Source of the DNA: Minisyncoccota bacterium
GTDB lineage: Bacteria; Patescibacteriota; Minisyncoccia; Phycocordibacterales; Phycocordibacteraceae
Assembly (NCBI GenBank): GCA_018062765.1
Contig: JAGORR010000001.1
Span: 78,638-142,637 of the forward strand
DNA length: 64,000 nucleotides
Direction of reading: 5' to 3'
Position numbers and translations under genes: made by a program. The notes below the pieces were generated by a model. The model had not been told where the DNA came from. It was given only the letters and a program-made list of their open reading frames with translations, and did not search any database. Of this stretch, positions 51,894-61,505 are shown in pieces. The stretch's first letter is position 1. Each line of letters starts with the position of its first letter.

Positions 51894-52172
51894 ATGAAGG
51901 GTCTCGAGAGCGCGGGTTCAGGAGGGGGGCGTACAGGCACTGACGAGGCATTTCTCCAGCGCAATGCCCTGCAGATAGCGCTAGCAAAAAAAGCTTTTCC
52001 GGGCGTAGAGGGCGGCGACGCAATGATGGAATGGGCTACGGGTCCGCTTTCAAGTCGCTTTGCTCGCTATGAAAAGATGCACCCAGAACTTGATCTGCGT
52101 GACAGTAGTAGCCAGGCTCTCGACGCGATTATTACGGAACTTCGTGCGATGACGGACGATACCGTCCACTAA
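51894..52172 (+). CDS. hypothetical 92-aa protein between tpiA and pgk
   Basis: ATG 2 nt after the tpiA stop; ends 5 nt before pgk. No family recognised. Confidence 0.4.
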   Translation: MKGLESAGSGGGRTGTDEAFLQRNALQIALAKKAFPGVEGGDAMMEWATGPLSSRFARYEKMHPELDLRDSSSQALDAIITELRAMTDDTVH

Positions 52173-52177
52173 GTGGT

Positions 52178-53311
52178 ATGCGGAGCGTCCGCGATATACC
52201 GGTCCTCGAGAACATTCCTGTTCTTGTTCGTGCAGCACTGAACGCTGAGGTGGAAAAGGGAAAGGTAACCGAAGACTATCGGCTCCGCGCGGCGCTCCCG
52301 ACGATTGAGTATCTCGCAAAGCGTCATGCGCGCGTGGTTTTGCTGGGGCACATATCAGGGAAGGGAACAGAATCGCTCCGTCCCATGCAGGAAGCGATGA
52401 AGAAATGGATTCCGAGTATCGCGTTCTGTCCGACAACTTCCGGAGAAGAGGCAAGAGCGGCAATACGCGCGCTTTCCCCAGGGGGCGTCCTTATGCTTGA
52501 GAACCTGCGACGCGATGTTCGAGAAGAGAAGAATGACCCTGCTTTCGCGCGTGAGCTCGCAGAGCTTGGCGACATATTCATTGAGGATGCGTTTGATGTC
52601 TGTCACCGCGCGCACGCGTCTGTCGTTGGTATACCGAAGTTCCTACCGTCCTACGCAGGACTACTCGTAGAGAAGGAAGTCAACGCGCTTACTAAGGCGC
52701 TTGCGCCGGCAACGCCCTCGCTCGCCATAATCGGTGGTGCGAAGTTCTCGACTAAGGAGCCGGTCTTAGCAAAGCTCATAAACACATACGATCAGGTGTT
52801 TATAGGAGGGGCGCTCGCGAATGATTTTATACAAGCATCTGGAAAGCCTGTAGGAACTTCGCTCGTATCTGGGGCGGATCAGGATAAGTTAAAAATGCTG
52901 CTCGCAACCGGAAAGATTCTTTTGCCAATCGATTACGTCGTCGCCCCTAAAGGGAAGACTCGAAACGAAGGGCGTGTGTGCGAGCCGGACGAGGTGCTCC
53001 CGGAGGAAGCGATTCTCGATAACGGACCAGCCTCCATAGCGCTCCTCAATGAACGGATACAAAACGCGAAGACCGTTCTTTGGAACGGTCCCTTGGGGAA
53101 TTATGAGAACGGATTCGTTGAGGGCACGGAGGCACTTGCGGTTATCGTCGCGCGCGCAAAAGCGTATTCAATACTCGGTGGAGGAGACACGGTGGCTGCG
53201 ATAGAGAAAACCGGCGTTGAGAAACACATTGATTTCGTCTCGACTGGCGGCGGCGCGATGCTCGAGTTTCTCGCAAGCGGAACACTCCCTGGCCTTAAGG
53301 CGCTTTCCTAG
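52178..53311 (+). CDS. pgk: phosphoglycerate kinase
   Basis: LENLRRDVREEKNDP, ILGGGDTVAA and STGGGAMLEFL. Confidence 0.9.
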   Translation: MRSVRDIPVLENIPVLVRAALNAEVEKGKVTEDYRLRAALPTIEYLAKRHARVVLLGHISGKGTESLRPMQEAMKKWIPSIAFCPTTSGEEARAAIRALSPGGVLMLENLRRDVREEKNDPAFARELAELGDIFIEDAFDVCHRAHASVVGIPKFLPSYAGLLVEKEVNALTKALAPATPSLAIIGGAKFSTKEPVLAKLINTYDQVFIGGALANDFIQASGKPVGTSLVSGADQDKLKMLLATGKILLPIDYVVAPKGKTRNEGRVCEPDEVLPEEAILDNGPASIALLNERIQNAKTVLWNGPLGNYENGFVEGTEALAVIVARAKAYSILGGGDTVAAIEKTGVEKHIDFVSTGGGAMLEFLASGTLPGLKALS

Positions 53312-53712
53312 CCGAGAGCGAGCTTCACACGGACCTTCTCGAGTTCCTCTGCGTCCGGGCTCCCGCGCTTTCCCGTAAGGATGAGGTTCGAGGTGAGGTC
53401 GAGGGAGTCTTCCATCGGTACCACATGCACATGGGCGTGCGGTACATCCCATCCAGCGACCTGAAATCCGACCCGTTTTGGGGAAAGGGTTCGCTCAATC
53501 ATGCCCGCTACCCTTTTGGATGCGCGCGTAACAGCGTCAAAGGTCCCATCGTCGAGGTGGTGCAGGTCCGGGTCGTGAACTTTGGGTATCACAAGGGTGT
53601 GGCCAGGCCGGAGCGGATGGATATCAAGGAATGCGACCACCTGATTATCCTCGTACACCACGGAGGCAGGCAGTTCGCCAGCTGCGATCTTGCAGAATAT
53701 GCAGTCTTTCAT
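53308..53712 (-). CDS. HIT-family nucleotide hydrolase/transferase
   Basis: CIFCKI and HAHVHVVP. Start at ATG 53712. Confidence 0.85.
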   Translation of the reverse strand: MKDCIFCKIAAGELPASVVYEDNQVVAFLDIHPLRPGHTLVIPKVHDPDLHHLDDGTFDAVTRASKRVAGMIERTLSPKRVGFQVAGWDVPHAHVHVVPMEDSLDLTSNLILTGKRGSPDAEELEKVRVKLALG

Positions 53713-53755
53713 GCGGCAAGCATACTCCCGAAGGCGATTTTGATACAATCCACGA

Positions 53756-55465
53756 ATGTCGCCCTTGCACGCTCCTATCGATGACGCCATTCGCGAGGAG
53801 CTCAAGGAATTTGATGACCTCACTGCAGCGCTTCTTGCGCGTCGCGGCGTCACGACGCGCGCGGAGGCCGAGACGTTTCTTAATCCTTCGTATGAAGACC
53901 ATATTCACGACCCGCTCCTCCTCAAGAATATGCACGCCGCAGCAAAGCGCGTTGCGCGTGCGATACATGCAGGCGAGCGCATCACGATATGGAGCGATTA
54001 TGACTGCGACGGCATACCTGGCGCCGTCATCCTCCATGATTTTCTGAAGAAGGCAGGAGCTAATTTCGATAATTACATTCCGCATAGGCACTTGGAGGGG
54101 TATGGCGTGAACTCGGAGGGAATCGAGAAGCTCGCCAAAGCAGGGACCTCGCTCGTCATCACGGTCGACTCAGGTATCACTGATAACGAGGCAGTGGCGC
54201 ATGCGCGGGAACTTGGCATGGACGTTATCGTGACTGATCACCATCTGCCGCAGCCACCTATGCCGGACGCCATCATCCTCGACCATAAACAGGAAGGAGA
54301 GACATATCCCTTTAAAGAGCTTTGCGGCGCTGTGATGGCGTGGAAGCTTGTGTGCGGGGTCTTAGCAGTAGATGCCCCGTTGCGCGAGAAGATACCCGTT
54401 GGATGGGAAAAGTGGCTTCTTGATATGGCCGCCTTGGCGACCATCGCCGACATGATGCCGCTTACAGGAGAGAATCGCGTCATTGTGCGTTACGGACTTC
54501 TCGTCCTTCGGAAATCCCCACGCGTGGGACTCCAGAAGCTCTGTAAGGCGATGCGTGTGAACCAGTCGCGCATCACCGAGGACGATGTCGCGTTCATGCT
54601 CGCCCCTCGCGTGAACGCCGCAAGTCGCATGGGAGACCCGCGGTACGCGTTTACGCTTTTCACAACGAGTGACGAAGCCGAGGCCGAGACGCTCGCAAAG
54701 AAACTCGAGAGCCTTAACCGGAGTCGGAGAGCAAGCGCAGGCGCCATCACAAAAGCGGTTCACGCGAAACTCGAGGAGCTCAAGGCATCGGGTACCATCC
54801 CCTCGGTCATCGTGCTCGGAGACCCAGAGTGGCGACCGGCACTGCTCGGGCTCGTTGCAAGCGGTATCGCAAGCGAGTACGAGCGCCCCGTATTCCTCTG
54901 GGGACGAGAAGGGAACGACACCCTTAAGGGCTCGTGCCGTAGCTGGGGAAACGTGCATCTGGTCGAACTCATGAAGGCAGCTAAGGACGCATTCGCGGAA
55001 TTTGGCGGTCACGCATACTCGGCGGGGTTTAGTGTCGCGGGTGACCAGATATTTAAGCTGTCGGAGAGACTTGTTGCTGCGCGAGAAATGCTTGCTGAAT
55101 CTTCGGAAGAGGATGCTGTACGGGCGGACGCGCCGCTCGCGCTTTCTGCCGCGACGTTCAGATTGTTGTCGACTCTTGAGAAGCTTGCGCCGTACGGGCA
55201 ATCGAATCCGAAGCCCGTATTCGGTTTCGAGAATGCCACAGTAGATGCGGTCGCATGGTTTGGGAAAACCGGAGAGCATCTGCGACTCTCCATCAGCGAC
55301 GGGTTCGTAGAGCTCGAAGCGATATCCTTCTTCGCGAGGCGCGAGCTTGGAAAGAAGGCAGACAGGCTTGAAAAGGGTAGTACGGTGACAGTCCTCGGTA
55401 ATCTTGAGCGCGACCAATTCTCTCGGAGCCGCGTACCGCGAGTACGTATCGTCTCCTTGGTATAG
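53756..55465 (+). CDS. recJ: single-stranded-DNA-specific exonuclease RecJ
   Basis: DHH motifs IWSDYDCDG, VITVDSG and VTDHH; DHHA1 motif GGHAYSAGF. Confidence 0.85.
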   Translation: MSPLHAPIDDAIREELKEFDDLTAALLARRGVTTRAEAETFLNPSYEDHIHDPLLLKNMHAAAKRVARAIHAGERITIWSDYDCDGIPGAVILHDFLKKAGANFDNYIPHRHLEGYGVNSEGIEKLAKAGTSLVITVDSGITDNEAVAHARELGMDVIVTDHHLPQPPMPDAIILDHKQEGETYPFKELCGAVMAWKLVCGVLAVDAPLREKIPVGWEKWLLDMAALATIADMMPLTGENRVIVRYGLLVLRKSPRVGLQKLCKAMRVNQSRITEDDVAFMLAPRVNAASRMGDPRYAFTLFTTSDEAEAETLAKKLESLNRSRRASAGAITKAVHAKLEELKASGTIPSVIVLGDPEWRPALLGLVASGIASEYERPVFLWGREGNDTLKGSCRSWGNVHLVELMKAAKDAFAEFGGHAYSAGFSVAGDQIFKLSERLVAAREMLAESSEEDAVRADAPLALSAATFRLLSTLEKLAPYGQSNPKPVFGFENATVDAVAWFGKTGEHLRLSISDGFVELEAISFFARRELGKKADRLEKGSTVTVLGNLERDQFSRSRVPRVRIVSLV

Positions 55466-55473
55466 TCAATTCT

Positions 55474-55890
55474 ATGCGTTTTTACATACAGGCGGATGGC
55501 GGAGCCCGCGGGAACCCCGGGCCCGCAGGGTCAGGTGCTGTCGTCCGTGACGCCGAGGGCAACACCATTCTAGAAGTCTCCGAGTTTATCGGGCACGCAA
55601 CCAACAATGTTGCTGAGTACACCGCGATTATCCGGGCTCTGGAAGGACTCAAGGAGCGGCTTGGCGCTGATGCATCGCAGGCGACGGTGACCATTGAGAT
55701 GGACAGCAAGCTCGTCGTCGAGCAGATGGAGGGTCGTTGGAAGGTGAAGCATCCAAACATGCGCCCTTTAGCCGCAAGGGCTGCCGTGCTCGCCTTATCG
55801 TTCGGACACGTTTCTTATGCGCACATTCCGCGCGAGAAGAATGGCGCGGCTGACGCCCTGGCGAACGCGGCGATGGATAGAGGACAGTAG
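55474..55890 (+). CDS. rnhA: ribonuclease HI family protein
   Basis: ADGGARGNPGPAG and NNVAEYTAIIRAL. Confidence 0.8.
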   Translation: MRFYIQADGGARGNPGPAGSGAVVRDAEGNTILEVSEFIGHATNNVAEYTAIIRALEGLKERLGADASQATVTIEMDSKLVVEQMEGRWKVKHPNMRPLAARAAVLALSFGHVSYAHIPREKNGAADALANAAMDRGQ

Positions 55891-55892
55891 CT

Positions 55893-57371
55893 ATGATTGC
55901 GCGATACGCGCTCTTCCTGGTCGCCATAGGGTTCTCGCTCGGAGCGCTGTCGCGCTCCTTGTTCGTGTATGACGTTGTCGCGCTCGGCTTCGTCGCGATA
56001 CTCGTCACAATATTCATCATCGCGTGGGCGATAACCCGGTTTAACGCGTACGCGTTTGCAACCATACTCCTAATAAGCGCTCTCGCAGGCTCTGGACGTG
56101 CGGTGCTCGCGATTGAATCACTCCCGAGCACATTCGCTCCGCTTGTTGGAAGCGAAGTGTCTTTTGAGGGAAGGGTAGCGACCGAGCCTGATATACGCGA
56201 AACGAGCCAGCGCATCACGGTTCGCGTCGAAAATACAGGAGAGGTGACGCGGCTGCTTGCGGTAGTACCCTCGTACCCACAGGTCGCATACGGCGAGTAT
56301 GTCAGGGTTTCGGGAAGGCTCGAGCTGCCTGAGCCCTTCGATACGGAGAATGGACGTGAGTTTCGTTATGATCGGCACCTTGCGAAGGACGGCGTGTTAC
56401 TCATCATGCCGCGGGCAAGTATAGAATCGTTCGCGCCACCGAGCGCTTGGGATGCCTACACGTTCGGTCTCTTGTACCAACTGAAAGCAGTATTCATGGA
56501 TGGCGTCGAGGCGGCGCTTCCGGAGCCATCTGCAGCGCTTGCCGAGGGGATCCTCGTGGGTGGTAAGCAAGGCCTCGGCAAGGAATTGCTCGATGTGTTC
56601 ACGATAGCTGGGCTCGTCCATGTCGTGGTGTTATCCGGCTACAACATCATGCTGGTTGCGCGCGGATTCCTTACTGTATTCGGGAAAGGTAGGAGGACGG
56701 GTCAAGTAGCGGCAGGCGTCGCGATACTTCTGTTCGTTCTTATGGCTGGTGCTGGGAGCGCTTCGATACGCGCAGGACTTATGGCGGGTCTCGCGCTTTT
56801 CGCGCGGGCTACAGGGCGCACCTATGATGCACTGCGTGCACTTGCCGCGGTCACGCTCCTCATGCTTCTTCACAACCCGCTTCTTCTTGCGTATGACATC
56901 GGCTTTCAATTCACGCTTGCCGCAACCATCGGCGTCATCTGGCTCACACCCCTTATAGAGCGAAGACTTGCGAAGCTTAAGCCCGGATTCATTCGAGAGA
57001 TTGCGGCGACGACCCTTGCCGCGCAGATAGGAATTCTTCCGATACTCCTCTACCAAACGGGAATCCTATCTCCGTATGCGCTTCCGGCTAACCTCATCGT
57101 GCTCTCCCTCATACCGCCCGCGATGCTGTTCTCGTTTGTCGCTGGTATCGCGGGAATGCTCGTGCCCGCCGTTGCTCCTATCATTGCGTTTCCCGCGAAC
57201 GTGCTCCTCATGGTCGTCGTTTCAATTGCCGAAGGCGTCTCCAAGCTTCCTGGTGCGACCGCGACCGTTCCTGAGTTTGGTATCTGGGTCGTCGTCTTCG
57301 CCTACGCGGTGCTCATTGCGCTCTCTATAAGCTTGCAGCGCGGAGAGAGAAGGGGTAGTTTCAAAAACTAG
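55893..57371 (+). CDS. comEC: ComEC/Rec2 competence channel, membrane part only
   Basis: DUF4131-like N-part plus the competence domain (GLVHVVVLSGYNI) and many TM helices. No beta-lactamase domain in this ORF. Confidence 0.8.
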   Translation: MIARYALFLVAIGFSLGALSRSLFVYDVVALGFVAILVTIFIIAWAITRFNAYAFATILLISALAGSGRAVLAIESLPSTFAPLVGSEVSFEGRVATEPDIRETSQRITVRVENTGEVTRLLAVVPSYPQVAYGEYVRVSGRLELPEPFDTENGREFRYDRHLAKDGVLLIMPRASIESFAPPSAWDAYTFGLLYQLKAVFMDGVEAALPEPSAALAEGILVGGKQGLGKELLDVFTIAGLVHVVVLSGYNIMLVARGFLTVFGKGRRTGQVAAGVAILLFVLMAGAGSASIRAGLMAGLALFARATGRTYDALRALAAVTLLMLLHNPLLLAYDIGFQFTLAATIGVIWLTPLIERRLAKLKPGFIREIAATTLAAQIGILPILLYQTGILSPYALPANLIVLSLIPPAMLFSFVAGIAGMLVPAVAPIIAFPANVLLMVVVSIAEGVSKLPGATATVPEFGIWVVVFAYAVLIALSISLQRGERRGSFKN

Positions 57372-57393
57372 GAGCAGGGAAGGAGATACGGTA

Positions 57394-57573
57394 ATGAAGA
57401 CGTACCCAGGACACCAGGACTTTGAGGATTACACGCGACAGGAGTATCCGCTTTCTCCGCTTGGCTACGGCCTTGTGGGCGCCCTAGCGGGGGTGGTGAT
57501 TATCTCGCTCATCGGCGCCGTGAGCTACGGTATCGGAAGCGCCGTCGACGCAGTCGCCTCATTCCTCACGTAG
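57394..57573 (+). CDS. possible 59-aa membrane protein
   Basis: GGAG 8 nt upstream. MKTYPGHQDFEDYTRQEYPLSPLGYGLVGALAGVVIISLIGAV... Confidence 0.35.
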   Translation: MKTYPGHQDFEDYTRQEYPLSPLGYGLVGALAGVVIISLIGAVSYGIGSAVDAVASFLT

Positions 57574-57586
57574 CGAAGCTACGAAA

Positions 57587-57616
57587 AAGGCCCGCGCACT
57601 AAGGTGCGCGGGCCTT
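57587..57616. terminator. bidirectional hairpin terminator
   Basis: AAGGCCCGCGCAC-taag-GTGCGCGGGCCTT. Confidence 0.65.
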
Positions 57617-57630
57617 CACTTGTATCGGTG

Positions 57631-58227
57631 CTACGCAACGGCGTTCACGAATCGTTCCTCGACCGTCTTCCAATTAAGGTTATCGAAAAACGCGCTCACA
57701 TAGTCTTTCTTTTCTGCCGGAAGATAATCGACCATGTAGGCATGCTCCCAAAGATCGAGCGCAAGAATGATGGGAAGCCCCGCAAGCTGGCCAAGCTCAT
57801 GATCGGCGACGAAGACAGTATGGAGGGTGCGCGCGACAGGGTCCGCATACACGACTACCCAGCCGATGCCACGCGTACCGGCGACTTCTTTTATATGTGC
57901 GACGAGTCCACCACGGTCGCCATAACGCTCCTCGGAGAGCTTCGCGAGTGCGCTCCCCACATCGATACCGCACGCTCCGCCCTCAAACTGTTCGAAGTAG
58001 TACTCGTGCATGCGCATACCGTCGAACTCAAATGCGAAGCGCCGTCGCAACTCCGCCATGGGGTACATATTCCCCTCGGCGTCCGATTCGCGCATTTTCT
58101 TGAGCATGTCAGCGATGAGGTTCGTATGCTTCACGTACCCCTCGTAAAGCGCGAGATGGGCATCTATCTGCGCCTTGGAGAGCCCCTTCAACTCCGGTAG
58201 TGAGAATTTCCGTGCTTCGTATGTCAT
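57631..58227 (-). CDS. sodA: Fe/Mn superoxide dismutase
   Basis: DLWEHAYMVDY signature; 198 aa. Confidence 0.9.
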   Translation of the reverse strand: MTYEARKFSLPELKGLSKAQIDAHLALYEGYVKHTNLIADMLKKMRESDAEGNMYPMAELRRRFAFEFDGMRMHEYYFEQFEGGACGIDVGSALAKLSEERYGDRGGLVAHIKEVAGTRGIGWVVVYADPVARTLHTVFVADHELGQLAGLPIILALDLWEHAYMVDYLPAEKKDYVSAFFDNLNWKTVEERFVNAVA

Positions 58228-58281
58228 GACTCTAAGCTAGCGCGCGACGCGTGAGCGTCTAATGACGGTAGTATAGCAATA

Positions 58282-59133
58282 ATGAGACTCCGTCCGGCAC
58301 TCTGGCTCCTCATATGCGCGCTTATTCTCGGAAACGGTGCGCTCTGGTACGTTGCTGTCGCCCGGGAGACGGGGAAGCTCCACGTATCCGTGCTTGATGT
58401 AGGGCAGGGCGACGCGATCCTCATCGAAGGGCCAACGGGCACCCAGGTGCTTATCGACGGGGGACGGGATCGGTCCGTGCTGCGGCGGCTCGGGACTCTG
58501 ATGCCGCTTTTCGACCGCAGTATCGACCTTGTTATCGCTACGCACCCGGATGCCGACCATATCGGCGGGCTTCCCGGCGTTTTCTCTCGCTACCGGGTTT
58601 CGTATTACATGGATGGAGCCGCCGCGGGAGACACTGCGCAGGCCGCGGCTCTTGATAAGACGGTCGAGGATGAGGATGGGATGGAGGTAATCGAGACTGA
58701 GCGCGGCACCCGCATCGATCTCGGGGGCGGAGCATACCTCGACGTCCTCTACCCGGATCGCGAAGCTCCCTCAATAGAAAACAATACCGGTTCCGTCGTC
58801 GCGCGGCTCGTCTACGGCGAGACATCATTCATGTTCACCGGTGACGCGCCGAGCGCGGTCGAGGATTGGCTCGTGCGCCTTGATGGCGAAGCGCTTAAAA
58901 GCGACATGCTTAAGGCCGGACACCACGGTTCGAAAACATCGACGGGTGAGGCCTGGCTCACTGCCGTCGCTCCCGACTATGTCGCCATATCGGCAGGAAA
59001 GGATAATTCCTACGGCCACCCATCTCCGGAGGTGGTCGCGCGGGCCGTTGCGACTGGTGCGCGAATCGTCTCTACGATGGAGGAGGGCACGCTTACATTC
59101 CTCTCTGACGGCGCCGCAGTAACCTATAAATGA
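58282..59133 (+). CDS. ComEC-type metallo-beta-lactamase domain protein (separate ORF)
   Basis: N-terminal TM helix, then VLDVGQGDAILIE, THPDADHIGG and GHHGS. Confidence 0.8.
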   Translation: MRLRPALWLLICALILGNGALWYVAVARETGKLHVSVLDVGQGDAILIEGPTGTQVLIDGGRDRSVLRRLGTLMPLFDRSIDLVIATHPDADHIGGLPGVFSRYRVSYYMDGAAAGDTAQAAALDKTVEDEDGMEVIETERGTRIDLGGGAYLDVLYPDREAPSIENNTGSVVARLVYGETSFMFTGDAPSAVEDWLVRLDGEALKSDMLKAGHHGSKTSTGEAWLTAVAPDYVAISAGKDNSYGHPSPEVVARAVATGARIVSTMEEGTLTFLSDGAAVTYK

Positions 59134-59184
59134 AAAAACTCCGTAAGGAGCCGTTCTCGAAGCTTCTCGCTAGCAGTTGATAGC

Positions 59185-59427
59185 TTAAATGACGCCGGCC
59201 TTCTTAAGGGTTGCGTGCGCGCCGTTCTTCTTGATGTGGCGCATACCCTTTACCGATACCTCGAGGATAATCGTCTTATTGAGCTCGGGCACAAAGATGC
59301 GACGCTTCTGGATGTTCGCCTTGCGACGAACTTTCCCCGTAGGGTTGAACTGGGTCGCGCGCGTACGGTTAGAGTACCGTCCGCCTATCTGCGTCGACTT
59401 CCCGGTGACTGCGCATTCCCTTGCCAT
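59185..59427 (-). CDS. rpmB: 50S ribosomal protein L28
   Basis: MARECAVTGKSTQIGGRYSNRTRATQ... (80 aa). Start at ATG 59427. Confidence 0.9.
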   Translation of the reverse strand: MARECAVTGKSTQIGGRYSNRTRATQFNPTGKVRRKANIQKRRIFVPELNKTIILEVSVKGMRHIKKNGAHATLKKAGVI

Positions 59428-59458
59428 AATTCCCGCATGGTAGCATGGTTTTGCCTCC

Positions 59459-60100
59459 ATGCAACCGGAACTCATAGAAATCATTTTCACGCTCGCGATC
59501 CTCGTCCTTTCCATCATCGTCCACGAGGTGGCGCACGGATATGCAGCCAATTCCCTAGGGGATCCGACCGCGAAGCTCCAGGGACGCTTGACCCTTAACC
59601 CCATACCGCACATAGACCCTATCGGCTCGATACTCATTCCCGGAGCACTCATTCTCTCGTCGGCGGGGGTATTTTTCGGATGGGCCAAGCCGGTTCCCTA
59701 TAATCCCTATAACCTGAGGAGTCAGCGCTGGGGCGAGGCCATTGTTGCTTCTGCTGGAGCGGTTACCAATCTCACACTCGCCCTCATCTTCGGGCTCATT
59801 GTGCGGTTCGGGGTTGGAACGTTGCCGCTCCCGTTCTTGGAACTTTCCGCAACGATATGTGCCATGAACCTCTTCCTCGGCATTTTTAACCTTATTCCGA
59901 TTCCACCCCTCGACGGCTTCACAGTGCTGCGGGGACTCCTTCCATATCGACTCGGCTCCCGGCTCCAGGAATTTGAGGAGCGCATGCGCGCGGGAGGCAT
60001 CCTGACCCTCATCCTCATTCTGTTTGCGTTTTCCTACCTCTTTGCGGGCTATTTCGTTGCATTCATAGGAACAATCTTCAGTCTCATCACCGGAGTGTAG
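59459..60100 (+). CDS. site-2 protease (M50) family membrane metalloprotease
   Basis: HEVAHGYAA in a TM helix and NLIPIPPLDG. Confidence 0.8.
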   Translation: MQPELIEIIFTLAILVLSIIVHEVAHGYAANSLGDPTAKLQGRLTLNPIPHIDPIGSILIPGALILSSAGVFFGWAKPVPYNPYNLRSQRWGEAIVASAGAVTNLTLALIFGLIVRFGVGTLPLPFLELSATICAMNLFLGIFNLIPIPPLDGFTVLRGLLPYRLGSRLQEFEERMRAGGILTLILILFAFSYLFAGYFVAFIGTIFSLITGV

Positions 60101-60245
60101 GTCTTGCGTTTTATCTCATATACGGCATACTCCCAGCAGTCAGTTTTGTCTGGAACGACCCTAAAGCCCCCAGCCCCCCGCGGTTGTTCCAGACTAGGGG
60201 GCGGCAGGAAGTCCTCCAAACACGCTTGCCGCCCCCGACTTCTAC

Positions 60246-60278
60246 CGACCCTTCCGCTTGGAGGGTCGTTTGCTTTTA
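60246..60278 (+). terminator. hairpin terminator upstream of rpsL promoter
   Basis: CGACCCTtCC-gctt-GGAGGGTCG followed by TTTGCTTTT. Preceded by two further strong hairpins (60148-60194, 60197-60236). Confidence 0.5.
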
Positions 60279-60298
60279 CGGCCTATCTTTTATATAGT
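60270..60298 (+). promoter_or_regulatory. candidate rpsL promoter
   Basis: TTGCTT, 17-nt spacer, TATAGT (60293-60298). Confidence 0.45.
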
Positions 60299-60335
60299 CA
60301 TCGTGACTCGGGACGCGAGTCTTCTTTATTGCCAC

Positions 60336-60743
60336 ATGGCGACCATCAATCAGCTTTCGAAGAAGCACCGCAAGGACAAGACTCGTAAGTCTAAGGTCCT
60401 TGCTCTTGGGCGTGGTTTCAATCACCTCGAGAACCGTCCCACCTACTACTCGGCCCCCTTCAAGCGCGGTGTCTGCACGAAGGTAACGACGAAGACTCCT
60501 CGCAAGCCTAACTCGGCTATTCGTAAGATTGCCCGTGTCCGTCTCTCTAACGGTATGGAGGTTACGGCGTATATCCCAGGCGAGGGACACAACCTCCAGG
60601 AGCACTCCGTCGTCCTGCTTCGTGGTGGTCGCGTGAAGGACATCGGTGTCCAGTACACTATCGTTCGCGGCAAGCTCGACACTGCAGGCCTTGAGAAGCG
60701 ACGCCGTGGACGATCGCGCTACGGAGCGAAGAAACCAAAATAG
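60336..60743 (+). CDS. rpsL: 30S ribosomal protein S12 (with ~12-aa insertion near N-terminus)
   Basis: MATINQL ... [22 protein letters not shown] ... LRGGRVKD. Extra segment [17 protein letters not shown]. Start at ATG 60336. Confidence 0.95.
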   Translation: MATINQLSKKHRKDKTRKSKVLALGRGFNHLENRPTYYSAPFKRGVCTKVTTKTPRKPNSAIRKIARVRLSNGMEVTAYIPGEGHNLQEHSVVLLRGGRVKDIGVQYTIVRGKLDTAGLEKRRRGRSRYGAKKPK

Positions 60744-60768
60744 CTATCAGCTACTAGCTACGAGCTTT
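60741..60768. repeat. 7-nt periodic tract in rpsL-rpsG spacer
   Basis: TAGCTAT CAGCTAC TAGCTAC GAGCTTT. Confidence 0.8.
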
Positions 60769-60781
60769 AAATACAAGAAAT

Positions 60782-61246
60782 ATGCGACGTCCTCTCAAAC
60801 ACAAGCGAACCTGGCGCCCCGACCTTAAGTACGGGAGCGAAACCCTCACCCGTTTCATCAATGCGGTGATGTGGGACGGAAAGAAAGACACTGCCCGCAA
60901 GGTCGTTTACGAGGCACTTGAGATAGTGAAGAAGGAGGGCATGGACCCACTTGAGACCTTTGATACCGCTATCCGTAACGTGTCTCCTCTCATGGAGGTC
61001 CGCTCGCGCCGCGTGGGAGGTGCAAACTACCAGGTTCCACGCGAAGTTCCTCAGGCGCGCCGTCTCGCGCTCGCATTCCGTTGGCTCATCAACGGCGCTC
61101 GCGCCAAGAAGGGGAAACCTATGGCCGAGAAGCTCGCCGGGGAGCTCCTCCTTGCGGTTAAGAACGAGGGAGATGCAATCAAGAAGAAGGACGAGATGCA
61201 CCGCATGGCCGATGCGAACAAGGCGTTTGCCCACTTCGCCTGGTAG
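60782..61246 (+). CDS. rpsG: 30S ribosomal protein S7
   Basis: FINAVMWDGKKDTARKVVYEAL ... EVRSRRVGGANYQVP. Confidence 0.95.
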   Translation: MRRPLKHKRTWRPDLKYGSETLTRFINAVMWDGKKDTARKVVYEALEIVKKEGMDPLETFDTAIRNVSPLMEVRSRRVGGANYQVPREVPQARRLALAFRWLINGARAKKGKPMAEKLAGELLLAVKNEGDAIKKKDEMHRMADANKAFAHFAW

Positions 61247-61267
61247 TTCATCTAGTTCGATAGAAGT

Positions 61268-61291
61268 GAAAAGCGCCTCAGGGCGCTTTTC
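61268..61291 (+). terminator. intrinsic terminator directly after rpsG
   Basis: GAAAAGCGCC-tcag-GGCGCTTTTC. Confidence 0.65.
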
Positions 61292-61357
61292 ACTTTGCTC
61301 ACTCGGTATTCATGCATCCCGTGGCTTAGTGGGGTGATATCCGCTAAACCGTCCCTC

Positions 61358-61432
61358 ATGAAAGGCATCATCCTCTGGCTCGCAGGAGTCCCGGTAATCG
61401 TCATCATCCTGCTCTATATCTTCATATTTTAG
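61358..61432 (+). CDS. possible 24-aa hydrophobic peptide
   Basis: MKGIILWLAGVPVIVIILLYIFIF, followed at once by a terminator hairpin. Confidence 0.3.
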   Translation: MKGIILWLAGVPVIVIILLYIFIF

Positions 61433-61461
61433 GAAAAGCCCGGCGTACGCCGGGCTTTTCC
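61432..61461 (+). terminator. intrinsic terminator
   Basis: GGAAAAGCCCGGCG-ta-CGCCGGGCTTTTCC. Confidence 0.65.
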
Positions 61462-61505
61462 TATCACTCCCTTTTTGAACGATGTCTAGCTGATATGCTT
61501 AGTTT

